Part shown: positions 1 to 14,000 of the stretch, piece by piece
Layout of the letters: each line of letters begins with the position of its first letter
Position numbering within the stretch: position 1 is the first letter of the stretch
From: Catajapyx aquilonaris
Taxonomy: Eukaryota
Assembly (NCBI GenBank): GCA_000934665.2
Contig: JYFJ02000032.1
Span: 1 to 64,000 of the forward strand
Length of the DNA stretch: 64,000 bases
Direction of reading: 5' to 3'
Program-made: the position numbers and the translations under genes
The notes under the pieces: model-generated
What the model was told of the DNA's origin: nothing
The model's database searches: none
The model's input: only the letters and a program-made list of their open reading frames with translations

Positions 1-1393
1 CCTGACCATTTTGGCACCATTGGAGGGCATTGCGACGGATATTTTGAGTGTAAGGCAGGTATTGCTGTGATTTTGTGACTTACGCACTTTTTGCTCAGAA
101 AAACTATGACGCCGACGCCTCAGAGGCGGGGACTTTTGGGAGGTAGCTCCTATGGTACCAAGGTACATTTGTGCCAAAAATCAAAACTACCTTATTTATT
201 TCAAGGTAAAAACCTATTATGCCTGGGCTATAATGACTTCTCCAACGTCCAGACCGCTGACTCACGAACGAGGAAATATATTCCAGGTCATGTTCAATTA
301 ATTTTAAACACCGCTTAATTTCTATAATTTCTCCCCGTACGTGCTGCACTGTCTTCATTAGTGTGGAATCCATTCACCGTGAGCACAAGTCTCTCTCCCC
401 AACCGTTATTACAAGGAACCAATTTTTTTTTTCTTCTTCTCTCTCTCCCTCGCATCCGAATCTCCCCTAAAGCTACATCCTATAGCTGAGGGTCCTTCCT
501 GTCTCAACAACCCCCCCACCTATACCCACCCCTCGCAACCTCTGTAACGTAGTAATTGGGTGGTAATAGGGCGAAGGGGGCCTCTCTTATCAGCCATGTC
601 AGTCGGTTGGCGAACAAAAGGAAAGGCCCCTCCTTGTCACCTGCCCTCCCCCTCCACTTCATGCCATTTTTGCGGTCTGGCTCCTGAGGCCTATTGGCAA
701 AAGTCCTGTACACGTCCTTGTGCGGTTATTTCGCGCTGGATTATCACACACAACAGGGGCCCACGTCCATTCCACCAATTATTCTACACCTCAGATTTTC
801 GGGGACTTTGCCTTGGCTGCTGCCGTATGTGATTAGGTGTGATTACTTGGGACCCTGCATTTGTGCAGGGGAGCCTAAATAATGTAACCCCCGCAGCATG
901 TAAGCATTGTATAGGGGTAATATTGCCTTGTTCGCAGTTTCCGGGATGCGGAGGTACCGGTAATGAATTTTCTAGACAATACAAACAGACTCGTTTGTAA
1001 TGAAATTGGGTGTATATATAGGAGGAGAACTTTTTCCGAGGAGATTGATATCGATCAGTTTAATTAATTTGCATTATAAATTTGTAACTATTTGGCGTCA
1101 TTATCATATTGTAATTGATTAATCAACGACACTTATTGAATTCGGGATATAATTATAAAATATTCCATTAAACGTAATTAATAATATTGCGGGTATAGGA
1201 TTACAATATATATGTAGTGCATATTAATTACCGCAATATATTTAAGTTTTAAAGCTCTAATGCGGTAAATCTCTGAAATTACCCGTCGCTAATTAATAAT
1301 GCCGAATGCAGGATTACGATTACTTTGTGCGTTAAATGCAATTCGAAATATGTTAGTAGGCCTACGCTATATGCAATATGAAATAACTGGATG

Positions 1394-1410
1394 TGCTGCT
1401 GCTGCTGCTG
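1394..1410. repeat. (TGC)5 microsatellite
   Basis: tgctgctgctgctgctg seen directly. Confidence 0.85.
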
Positions 1411-3869
1411 TGCGGAGTTATCGTCTTTAATGATCAGCTGCAGGCGAGTGAAGTTAATGGAATGGTGCGGCTTTAGCCGACAGCAAACTGCACAATAAAA
1501 GTGCCTTTAATGAGAAACTGGTAGACCTCCGGAACGCAATAGGCTCGAATATTCCTTGGCGAATAGTTGGGATTTCGTGCATTATACCCTGCATGCTCTA
1601 TAATGGCCTTCCAAGGCACCACTACTCCTATACATATGCAGTGCATTGGCCGGGGAGAAACTTGACAAAATCTTCAGGGCCAGTTTAACAGGTGAGCTAT
1701 ATGAAAATATTCCCTATAACTTGATAAAATTATCAAGTAGCCTACCTGAATAAGCGTTGTCAAAAATATAATTGAATTATTGGAATTGTGCTAACAAGTA
1801 GTTGCTAAACTATAAATTACTTGCACTGGCGAACGTCATTCTCAAATGCAGGCATGTACAAAATACGCGTACTTTACACTGAAATCGGGGCCCACAGACA
1901 CCAGTAATGAGAGTCCAAAAACGGTATAAAATGACTAAGACTTTTATGCGGAAAAGGAGGATCGCAAATTTTACTAATTTTGTAAAGGAAGCTTATTTAC
2001 ACCAATCTTTACGCACCACACCCCATCAACTGCTGCAAAGCCTCAGAGAATCTCTTCATCGAGTTAGTATACAACAATGACAGAGCTATAGGCATTCGCC
2101 GTATATATATAGTACATACACCCATCCTCCAGAGACATCAATGTCTTACTCGAACAAGGAGAAATCGGCTTCCCAAACTTTAAAAGCCTCCTTCCGCGTA
2201 CCAGTTGTATACAGTATATGCAGAGAGGAAGGATTGCAACACTCGGCAAATTCAATTTTCGCAGGAAAAGTTTGCGTCTCGCCTTGGCAAATATTGCGCT
2301 CGCCGAAAGGCCTCCATAATCCGAACCTGACCTAAAGCGCCCCTTAACGCTTCTAAAGGGACACCTAATACCCTGCTGGGATTGCGCTCCATCTTGGGAT
2401 GCCTTGATTACCAAGTTTTGTGCAATTCTCCAGTGATGGCTTCATAACAATTTCTGCCGCTCCTCCCAGACTCTCGCCAACGAGCTTCCTTGCATTTTTA
2501 CGCTACGATGCTCATGTAGGGTTCGCGAATGTCTAATTAAAGCCTTAATTTTCCTTACGGCCTGGATGAAGTCTCTCATGCCGATGACGAGTTCCTGGGA
2601 TTTCCATATGCACGCGCGCAATAAAATATTCTCCCGACTAAATTATGCGTCTTATTTTGGGATACAAATGTCAGGCTCAAAACCGAAAATATAATTTGGC
2701 ACTAATTTTAGGCCAGGATTTACGAGTTTTCCCATATACACAAGAATGATCATTAGGGCTGGGCTGGGACCTTCAAACTTTCCAGGAGAGCTCACTCAGC
2801 ACGAATGGTTTGTTTACACTTTCCTCTCACTATATAATAATCTGTGATGAATTTTTAAACAAATTACTTGAGTAGTGACATTTTGGCTGGATATATTGTT
2901 GCTGAATTTATGTGATATATCTTGGTGAACCTTGCTCTTAATACAGGTAGAATGACATGTGAACCGTGCTTCTATTGAACTTTATTAGAAACCGCTTGGT
3001 TCCATTTCCGTGAGTTTATTACATCATGCGTACAGTGCAGTGCCTCAAGCACTGAAACCATATCCGTACCAGTACTGTACATTGCAATAATAAGTCCAGA
3101 TTTGTCTCCATTGGAATAATTCTACCCATTTTCGTGATCCTCTTATGGAAACTGTTCTAATTGCTTCACTGACTCCGTTTGGCACCATTGGAGCCCACTA
3201 TTCATCGAAGCCCTCTTTAACCATCGCCATGTGTTAAAATCACTCTTCCTCCGACAGTCTTGAAAATCCCGGGGACTTCCCGGAGCTAATGCTACAGGAG
3301 CCCCAATTTATACAGTTGCTGTACGTGAGCGAAATGGCAATAGTGATCTGTTGCACCGGTGTTGGATTGTAACCGACGTGCACCTGCCACCAAAATCACA
3401 GGAGCCGTTACCCTTAATTGCTTTCTGTTCGCATGGAAATTCCTGGGTCTCCCCCTATACCCTCTGTGTTAAAATGCTGGAGAAGGACGTGGTGGTAGGG
3501 GAGGGGAGGGGGGGAACTCTTTTCCACCCAGCATTCCTCATGCGGCCAAACGCCGTCGCAAATGAGGCAGTTTCCATGCGGACTCGAGCGACGACAAGGC
3601 AGGCGTCATGAAATACTTTTTTTTTTGCCCCCCCCCCCACCCATCCGATCCTATATTCCGACCACCCCTCCCCTACCAAAAATGCGGACTGTTTTTTTTG
3701 GCTGGGACTGTACTAAGGCTCGCCCCAGCAGGTAACAAATTATTGAAACTACCTCTTTGTTCTTAGTGGTCATTTTTCAGTGAGGGCAGCGCGCGGCTGC
3801 GGTCCGGACAGGGGGTCGAAGGAAGACCCGCGTGCCCACAGGCCACTGGCGATTTATCACCGGGGTTTG

Positions 3870-3884
3870 GTTAGTTAGTTAGTT
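3870..3884. repeat. Short (GTTA)n tandem repeat
   Basis: gttagttagttagtt seen directly. Confidence 0.7.
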
Positions 3885-4776
3885 GCCGTACCCTCTTCAA
3901 AACGTCCAACTCCTCATCTTTCCCATATCTCCCCCTCTCCTATGTAACAACTTCCCTGTTCTGCTGTCCCCTCAAATAGTACTGATGCTAAATTACATTA
4001 TAGGCTAATTCTGCAATTAATAGCTGATATAAACATTTATGATTGTTATTTAGGCAATGAATTTCACAAGCACTCGCACAAATTAGCAGCTATATGCTAA
4101 TTTCTCCCCCTTCAATGGGAGCATGCCATGACCTCTGTTGCGGCCAGAGTTTAATCGGCTTTTATTCATCGGCGCCCCCTCTTTTTCGACGTCCCCTGGT
4201 TTTGTCGTCGATGTATAGCTGTGTGGAACCCAGCAGGGCGGGAGGTCGCTATGGTCCATCTCCTCTTAAAGTCAGATTTTTGTAGCCGTTGTTGGAGAGA
4301 GGGGTATGTGCAAAGTTCAATGGCGGTTCGAGGGAACTGCCCGGAATCGCCGGAATGCCGGGCTCTTGAATCGATTCCGGGTGGGCCTTACCATTACGAA
4401 ATCATCGCGTGCAATATTCAAGGGATGGAGAGAGGGGGGGAGGAGGGGAGTCGAAAACCGCGACTTGTATCACCGACATTTCCAAAATTCCAATTTTGAA
4501 CCGAGGCTAGACGAGCTTATGGGAGGCACGAGGGGGTCCTCAAAACCAAGGCCCAGCAGTGTACCGAACGGAATTACGTATGCCAACTTTCATCCATGAT
4601 GCAGACGTGCTTGTGGGCGCCTGCAGTGCTCGGCCTTCCAGTGCTAATACCGGTAGTCGATGGACTCTCTAGCTGACCAGCGGTCCAGTCTGGTGGCTTC
4701 CGAATCTAGGAGAGGCTTTCAAAGAGATCTCGATGCAAATATCAATTTCAAAGCTGCAAAAATATTTATGCGGCAG

Positions 4777-4792
4777 TGCTGCCATCTACTGA
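4777..4792 (-). promoter_or_regulatory. Candidate CTCF binding site
   Basis: Minus strand TCAGTAGATGGCAGCA matches the CTCF core consensus CCASYAGRKGGCRS at 13 of 14 positions. Confidence 0.4.
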
Positions 4793-6830
4793 CAGCGTCA
4801 TTTCACCGAGGTATAGTTTATGAATGCGAACATTTTTATGCATAGTTAATTCCACGCTTGTCCAATATATCAGTTTATCTGAGAGACCATAAGCGACCTC
4901 TCCTCCGTTTTGTGCCTGGTGGTCTCTCCCCCCCTCTTCTTTCCAATCAGATCTAATTCGGCAAGGTCCAGCGGCTAATGAGCATGGTGCATCCCCCCAT
5001 CGGATTGAGGGATTTGGGGCCGATTTAGCCCACGGAGGCGACGTCCCAACTCACCCCTAATTGCAGGTTGGGAGTCCGATACAAGGTCGTGCCGCCGAGG
5101 AAATAAATAATATTTTCATCCCCTGCAGGTAGACAATGGTGGGGGGGGGAAGGCGGGGAGGGGTCTGGAGATGGGATAAGAAAAGAAAAAAAAAGAGAGA
5201 GAATAAACCCTCCTGTGGCTCAGGTTTGAGTTGTGCAGAGAATTTCTACACTCCCCTTGGACTTTAGCCGTGGACTGTGGTGGACAAAGAGAGTTTATGA
5301 ACTATATATTTTTTCGCTTCTCTTTTCTATATATCCGCAGCGGTTTTGCACGTGAGGCCAATGCAACGTGCTGCCGTGGACAGTAAATTTGGGCTTCCAT
5401 ATCTGTGGCGAAAATTCTCCCCGGCAAAAGCATTTAAATGATTAAAGGACTTGTTCGTAATCTAAGCGGCACGACAAATGAGTCACGCGGTACTGGTGCC
5501 AGGTCGGGTTCATTATCGTCGCAATTCTGCAAAATTGTAGCCACTTTATGGTGTCCAGCTTGAAGCCTAAAGGCAGTAATCTCTCCTGCGCTCGCTTACT
5601 GTGCAAGAGAGAGGGGGGACGCTCGTTTTGCTACCATTCAAATCCAGAGAATTAAACTGCTGGTCTAAGCACTGCCATTAACTAAATCCCGGATGCTCCG
5701 AATCCCAGACGTTTACCTTTATTGAAGCGGCTTTACCAAAGCGGGAATTATACTATGCGAAACTTGTGCTCGTCATTTTTCAGTGAATGAGTAATAATGA
5801 TTGGAGCTCTTCTTTTTTTTATCATAGCCCCATAATACGAGCGTTTTAAATGTTTTTTTTATAAAGGAGTGCAATTTTACGGGCCTAATGGAGCGGCTTA
5901 TGTGGCGTACGGTCGTTTCATTCAGATCCCGCCCTGCAAATAAGAATGTCATTCACGTAATTTTAATGGAAAAGGCGCATCACGGATGGTATTATGAGCT
6001 GATGAAAGGATAACGGTGATTCCAAATTGATATTGCGCTTTTTTGGAGCGTGAATCTTTAAAATTGGGGATGCTCTAAAAACAACAATGGCGTATTTGGT
6101 TATGCGCCACAAATAAAGTGTTGCAACCAAGGCTTCTGGTGCTAACCCGACGGATACGCATCAAATTGGGGGAAACCTCGGGGCTTAAACAAACCGCAAC
6201 GGTAGATTGCACATAACAACGCGGTAAACAGCTCCCAAGTAATGCTTGAGTTGCCAGTGATGCGGGGCATAATGTGCTAAAAGTAAACCCATTTTCCAAC
6301 ATAATCTATTTATTGCTTCAGCAGAGCTTTTCAATGGGCGATGAAAAAATGCGCCCACCCTTGGCTAATCCCGTGGATATACTCTAGGGGAGGGGGTCCC
6401 CGTATTTTTGAGAGGCAAAGGCCGGAAAATACAATATATTCACTGGGAAAAACGGGGCCTGAATGCAACAGGACACCTTCCAGTGGTCAGCGAGATTTGG
6501 CAGCATTGTTGGAGGAATTCAGGCGGGGTCAGCTTCGGGAGAATAATATCTGCCCTCGCGGCTTAGGTCCCTCACCTTGACGACTGCCGGAAGAAGGTAT
6601 AGGGTTTCCAAGGAGGAGCTGGAATATAGCTAAGAAAGGAAAGAAGAAAAAAAACATTAAATCCCCACTCCATGAGCATTCAAGTCCAAGGATTTTCGTT
6701 GGAGCGAGAAATTACGTAGGAAAATATTTGAGGGTGAAAGGGGACTGCGAATAAAAAGAGGAAATATGAAGTCACGCGTATTTTGCTACATAACAATTGT
6801 TGCAGTCAGCTCATTTTTCATTCGTTTCAG

Positions 6831-6873
6831 GAAGGATAAACATGGGAGGATCAGTGTCAACAGTGCATTACAG
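6831..6873 (+). other. Candidate 43-nt exon with start codon (MGGSVSTVHY..., phase-2 end)
   Basis: Acceptor tcatttttcattcgtttcAG| at 6830; AAACATGG start context with ATG at 6842; weak donor CAG|GTACAG. Confidence 0.2.
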
Positions 6874-9800
6874 GTACAGTGTCACACCGCACGGTGCTAA
6901 TATAATTCGTGCTGTGAGATATTGTGCTGCTAACTAAAATAATTTTGAAACGTATAAATATGGTTCTCCCAGACGTGCCGGGAGTGGAAGGCTGGTATTA
7001 ATCTGTACACTCTAAATTATTACATGTCAAAGAGGAGCTGGTGCTGTGTGTTCTTGAGGGTTGCCCCTTACCAATCAGCATGGAAATATCGTACGTCGCT
7101 TTGTTTGTGAAGTGTGCCATACATCTTGACGAAACCCCACCAACTCTTCCTTCTAGACGGCAATTAATATCACTTCATCTAGACTGACTGATTAGAGCGT
7201 GCACATCTAGAGAGAAAATAAGGAACTCCTTTGCAGTAGCTTAACACTGCACGTGACACTCTTGCTAATGAGTACAGGACGTTTGATCAAGATGCATTGC
7301 GGCGTCTATCACAGATGTTTAATAGTTCAAGTCATCAGGGTGACTCGCACTAGTTGGATGAAAAGTATTTTTAGCAATGATAAAAATATACGTAGCATGA
7401 TTTAGTACGGCTCGAAATTATTACACATGCTACGTGTGGAAATGTGCTCGTGCATACCGTATATGTAATAACAGATAGATGTCATGTAGATCATTAATAA
7501 TTTGGTGGTATTGCAGTTCTCTTGCGCACACGCTTAAGAGGCCATTGTGCTTGAGTGTGTCTCTGTGTGTGGGATGCTGCAGAGTTTCCTATGTAAATAT
7601 TATTTGACCGCTTGCAGGCTGGGGCAAAACAACAAATGTTTTATTCAACAAAGCATTGTAAATGCTTTGTTCTCACTGACGGAAGTTTCCAAGTTACACA
7701 ATATTATTTCCACATAATAACAAACATTAACCTACATACAACATGACAACTCCATCAGCCTATAGGCACATAATTATCTCTCATTTTCGGGTATGAATAT
7801 TAATAAAGTAACTTGTGTTAAAATTCGAGCTAAACAGTTCTGATTCACAGAATTGTACTTTAAAATGCTCTGTTATGTAAAACATATTTGTAAATTGTCA
7901 CATCCGTTTTTAAAACCGGTGTGGAATTTTAGACTCATTTTGTTTGCATGCTCAAATTACTGCCACTATTTCAGACGTTAATCTAGGTCTTCACTTGGCT
8001 GCTCTAATTTTAAACCAAAAACATGTCAGATGTATCACCACCTCCTTTGCTTGATTGCTCTCGAAGAGGCCACGGAGGGTTTTTTTCCAGTTGCCTATCG
8101 CAGTGTCCTGATCTGGAAATAATGCCAAAGGTTTTGAGATGAGCATTCCATGGTCCTTTTTTCCCCGTCCTCCTCCTCGAGCGGAACCCAACACCCGAGC
8201 CTGTCACTCTGTCACCCTCCAGGAAAAATTCCAACCAACCTCCGCGCGACGACTACCCCGACCATTAAGTCTTGCGAGACCTGTGAAAACAGGGCTTTCA
8301 CTCATATAATGTTGCAGCCTCATTTATCAAAATGTCGCTCTGGGATTGACGCGTTGTCTTTCTTTTCGGGTATCATGCTGCAACCGATTTGGAATTAGGA
8401 AAGCCCCCGTGATTAACCGAGGTTTAAGTTTTTGCAATATATTTTACAATAATTTCAGGACATGCCCATATATGGTATTCTTTGTATGAGTACAATACAT
8501 TTTAATTGTTTGAGGCCACGTTATTGACACACCCTGTGACTTGTGTATTAATAGCATTTCTCAGCTATAGGGCAATATAAAAATCCTCGTGCTTCTTAGT
8601 CGCTCAAGTCATCACGCGTCAGCTTTGATCACAGCTGGGTCGTGCCGAAAATAATTAAAGAATTGCAGACCACAGTATGATACAAAGGCTCTAAATTTTC
8701 TTCACCCTTTTATTGGAGCAGGTTTAAAAAAAAGTAGAGGCCATTGCGGGAAAATAGATCACGCGACAGGAGTTCTAGCTAGATAGCTCGGCTTCCACGA
8801 ACTTGTTTGCAGAAGGCGAGAAGAATGAATAATTATGAGTCACACGCTTTTAAATATTGTGAGTTCAGGTTGTGCAAAGGGATGAAAATCGTTTCGGAGA
8901 AGGTTATATCTCTAACAACTGGAATAATCAGAACTGGCCGATTCAAGGCCATCTCTTTTCAGCAGGAATGTCCATGACACTTGCCATCTAAACAAGCTAA
9001 TGATTTCTACATGGCTGGCCTTTCTAAATCGTGAGCCCCGCTAAAAACAAAAAGGTCATGATTTTTCGGTAACACCAAAAGAGGACTGGCTGCATTATTA
9101 TATGGCAAAATTAGGGTTGGCTCGAATATGATGGAATTCCAATCCATGAATATACTCATATACCATATAGAGGAATACTCTTGCAAGGCCAAAGAAGATA
9201 TAGCCGTTCAGAAGGCAGCTTTAAGCTGATAAGGGGGAAATAATAAAAAAGCGGCCAAATGACTTCTAAGTGTGGCGTGTGAACTGAATGCAGTTATCAC
9301 ACCTAATGTTGTAATTAGAGCACTCTGCGTGCTTGACCACACGACATGGGATTTCCCGCCTCTTGCTCAAACTGCTGCTGGAATAGATCGGGGGGGTGGG
9401 ATACATGCCGAATTGCAAATAAAATTATACATGGCCATCCGCATAGTGAAAGTGTACTGCATAACGTGTAATATAAATTGCGATCGGTGAATGTAAAAAT
9501 TGCGATGGCCCTGCAATTGCGGCGTAATTACCGATGGTATGTCGTCTCAGGTTCTGATGCGTGACATCATATGTTGGAAGAGAAGGGGGCTTGGGATATA
9601 GAAGAAAAAAAAAATTGGAATGACCCTGTTGGGAAGCATGACATGTTGTGAGGAGGTAACGAGAAGTACGTGAGAAGCCTCGCGGTCCATCTGATAAAAA
9701 GCGCCGTATGATAACAATTATGTTACGGGTGAAAAATTATACGAAGCGCCATTGATCGAGTGTGGGGGTATAAGATGCAAAACGAACGACGTCAGGGTAT

Positions 9801-10733
9801 CATCCGATGTTGTCAATCAGTTGCCCCCACTGATTCTATACAGGCTCATTAGCAAAAGGCAAAGCCAAAGACCGATCTGCATGGGGTCGAGCCGGCATCA
9901 GACCGATTCACCACGACATTTGTCTTGAGCGTGAGGATCAATGTATGATATGCATGACGGTTGGAGCCCAAACTAATGTTTGTTTGCAGTGAGTGAGAGG
10001 CTTGCATACTGCACGGATATGTCAGGGCTCAGGTTTAAATGCACGATGGATGCCTCCAAAGTCGTGGGAGTTTTTTTTTTGGTCTATTTTTGCGCAACGC
10101 TGGATTAGACATGCGCGAAACTTACAGCCCCGGTTTGTTTTGTAGTTCTGATGCCGAATGGGTAAATAGATGGTGAGCTAACTGATAATATTGGTGGGAA
10201 ATTAATTAACTGCTTTTGACACTGGTTGTCAACTATAGTTACACTTTGACGTCCTGTTCTCGCGAACATGTAATTATCACAATATATTTTACAAGCCGCA
10301 CAACTTGTCTGTGACAATATCTGACCTCTTATGCACTTCATGGCTGCACAGATTGTAATTGTGAATAAATCAGCATGCTTCACATAATAATGAGAAACTG
10401 TCCTATTGCTCTATGCTAGTGACCATTACTGAAATGACCAACTGAACAAATCAGTCCAATGTGGCTTCTTCACCTCTGCGTGCACGTCAAAGAGAACAAA
10501 ATGACGAGTATACACTCTGATGTAATTAGGCAGCGTTTTTCGAAGCATGGTTCTCCGCACATTCGATGCAACAACACACGGTTGTCATTGCGAATGTCCC
10601 CCTGTGCTGGATCAGTGCATTAAGCCCGGTTTGCAAGGTCCGCTGCCCTTGCTAATTCCCAACTCTCATCCCATGGGGATGGGCATGGGTGGTCAGAAAA
10701 GCAAGCCCTTTTTTTTCCTTTATGGCTCCCACC

Positions 10734-10758
10734 TCCCCCCCNCCCCCCCCCCCCCCCC
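10734..10758. repeat. Poly-C tract containing an ambiguous base (N)
   Basis: cccccccNccc... seen directly; tract length probably uncertain in the assembly. Confidence 0.85.
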
Positions 10759-11033
10759 GCATAATGATATAAAGTCGAGTCCTTTTTCTCAATGCGCAAT
10801 TAATCTTCATCGCCATTTTCGAGCCCTGGCGTGACCGCGAGACATTATTTTGAGGAGAATGGTGTTTATGATCTCAAATTATACGTTCCGCAGAGACAGG
10901 ACGCCAGCCTGAATGATCTTTTAACTATCTTTTTTTGTGTATGTATTTTAGAGATGCCCTCTGCGATGCATTTGCAGTGCACAGGTGACTATAAGGGGTT
11001 CACCTGCTCGCAGGCTTGGTCAAGCACCCACTC

Positions 11034-11055
11034 GATGATGATGATGATGATGATG
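11034..11055. repeat. (GAT)7 microsatellite
   Basis: gatgatgatgatgatgatgatg; explains the poly-Met and poly-Ser runs in the overlapping ORFs. Confidence 0.9.
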
Positions 11056-14000
11056 CTTCGAATTCATCACAGTGTGTGGGGGACCCCACCTGACACCGAT
11101 ATTTATGCTCGGTGTAATTACTCCGATCCAGGAGCTTCGGATGAAAATTATGCTCCTTTATGCTAATTGTCCCACTTACTCCTTCATCAGAAGTTGAACC
11201 CTGAGAGAGGCACTGTTTTCCTTTGGACAGTTTCACGTTAATATTACAGCCCCGGAGACTTGCGCCCCCTTTTGAATAGTTATTCCCTCCACGTTGGCCA
11301 CAGTAGGCGTAACCACGCTCTACCCTGTTCCCATACCAAATGACGACATTAGTACTACTTGGGGGGTTCCGATTGCTTCCATTATTCACGTTCCAGAGAT
11401 CCATCTGGTGAAAACTCGCGACTACATTTTATGCCTGAATAAGAGACGGGGTGGGGGACCGGTCGAAAAGCTGCAGACAATAATTCCACAATAGCCCAGG
11501 AGTTTATGACGTGAAATAATAAGTTGCGGGTGGAAAACGACCCGTCTTGGCCCGTCTGATTATTCCGACCAATGACAGTGTTTTATCTGTGGTTGCTATT
11601 GGAATGAAAAGGTGCTCTGGTTTTATATATACGGCCAGGCGGTTTGGGTTATGACTCGTCGGGAACAAGATGTGACAGAGAAACAATTACTCTGGGAGGT
11701 CATAATAAATTGTGTCTCTGCGAGTTTGTAATTATAGAGAAGTGGGGTCCACACCCTCCTGGCTTCCGACATGCCTACTCCATTACTCTGCTCGTGTACC
11801 TGCAACACCCACTAGGGCATGGAAAATCGTTGCAGGTCGCTCCGGATTATAAAATGAGCGCAAGGGGTAATTTTCCAATGGAATATAAGACGAATTTGCA
11901 TTTTATAAGGTTGGTAGCAGCCTCGGTCTGACATTGTCCAGAGTTCTTAGGGTTCACTGAACCCTGCTTAAAATCTCTTTTTCCGCTGTTTTAATCACCT
12001 TTTCCAAACCCAAAGCATCTGAGCACGTCTCCCTTTTCTCCCCCCTAGTTTCATTTCAAAAAGTCTTTGGCTAAAGTGCTTATTGTTATAACCGGAAAAT
12101 GGTATCAACTTCCATGCGCCTTCCCCGACTGGAATGCCTCGTTATCTTTGCGTGACTTTTTTTGCTGCACGTATTTTGTTGCATGTGGAGCCCCATACAA
12201 CGGCTCTTTTCAGCCCTGTACACGTTACGCCATCATTTTAGACGGCACAAGTTTCATTGTTTCAGACTTTTTGGCTGCAAAGTAATTCTCATGCGCACGT
12301 TCGCCATGTTATACCTGCGATGTGCAGATGTGCATCGCACAAATGCAAAGTCAGTTTGTGTCTCCTGCATAATGGTTTGAGTTTTAAATATTTAATGGGA
12401 CCTACTGTTCAAATGTTAAGCAAGCAGTAGTACAAAAAAACTATTATTTTTGACCCAGTACTTTCTGCCTTGTGGATACCCGCACATTGTTGTTTTGCTA
12501 TTTCTGTGCATTAGGCGGTCTCCGAAAATGCAAGGAAATTAGTCCACAGAAACGAAAATATAGCGTGACTCTTTACAGCTCCGCGTCATAATTAATTCCT
12601 TTTGAAATGAACATGTCATTAGTAATAGGTTTGCATGTCATGAAATTGCAGCGCTTTCGGACAGGTGAATGTTTAATGTGCGGTCTCTTTCCTCTTGATG
12701 CCTCCGGAATTATACTGTGCTAAAGTCGTCCCCTGCTCCACTGGTGGGTATATATACATGTGTGTATGAAGGGGGGGAGGGAAAGGCGTGCCTGCGGAGA
12801 ACAACATGTCACACAGAGTAGCTGCTGCTGGAAAAGAAGGTTGTGCTCGGACACATCCAGTGTGTCGCACATGAAGAAGTCCCGGGGCTCAACTACCGCG
12901 GCCGCCTGGAAGAGTTGTGCCTGACACTGATAAATTTTGTATAAGAAAAGTGAGTGTCCCCCCGGTCCCTACATCCCCAAGAGATGACATGACACCATTC
13001 GAGACAAGTTGTGTGTGTCTCCCCTCCCCCCCCCCTCCCTTCCTCTTCACTGCTGCCTGCTAGCAAAAGAAGGGCAGGAACAATGCTTGTCTTCCATCAA
13101 CCTGTCACTTGACCCTTACTTTGGACCGGCCCTAATTCGAGAGGAGAAATAGAATTACAGCGGAGTTTCTCCCCCTTAAATTTTTGCTAAACGCGACTGC
13201 TTCAGTCACCTTTCCGGAAAATACTGGAGCTGTCCAATTTGGAGGTAAAATAATAAGCGGTCCCTTAGAGCGTTTCTGCTACCTGATTGGTTCTGCCTTC
13301 CTTGTTATCCAATGAGAAGCGCCCTTTCACAGTAAGAAAAACAAGATGGCGAGATGCGCAAGGCATCGTTCTTTATGATCTGAAACAACAGTGCGGCACA
13401 TTTCGGCTTGGAAAAAAAAATTGCAGTGCAGAAATTGGCTGCTGGCCCACCCGTCGTACTAAACTCATCAAATTCGATGAACGTGATGCGGCTTCCTCCT
13501 GGGATTATATGCGGTATGGAGCTGTACGGTTCGTTCCCAGGTGACACCCTGCACTGTACACCGGTTTTGAAATATTCCCTCAAATTTTTTTTCGTGGTGG
13601 CCGGATCCCCTTCTGTGACATCAGGTGAGCAAAATGAGAGCGCCAGACATCATATATACACTCCTGTAATTGCAAAGGGGCGCCCAGGATTGCACGCGCA
13701 CCAAGCGTTTTGAATAGGAAGGGAGGGGGGGATACAGATATTTTAATCTACTCAAGCTGTGCCCGCGGATGGTTATAAATGCCCGTTTCGTAGAATTTCA
13801 TTTGGCAGCGCCTTTGTAAATGTCAGGAGATAATGCTCGGGACCTGCAGGTGACAATCACGGCGCCTCTTCAGTTCGGTGCGTGACGCTATTAACGTCGG
13901 AGGCCAATTCCGTCAGCTACGAATCGACACGGCACGAGTCGGAGTTACAAAAATAAAAATGTGTGAATCGGAATTTTTATCTGCCAGATATTGTAAAGCT

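Noticed and set aside
10..3193. 16-nt exact direct repeat TTTGGCACCATTGGAG at 10-25 and 3178-3193
   Set aside because: Roughly one such pair is plausible by chance in 64 kb; the similarity does not extend, so this is not evidence of an LTR or target-site duplication
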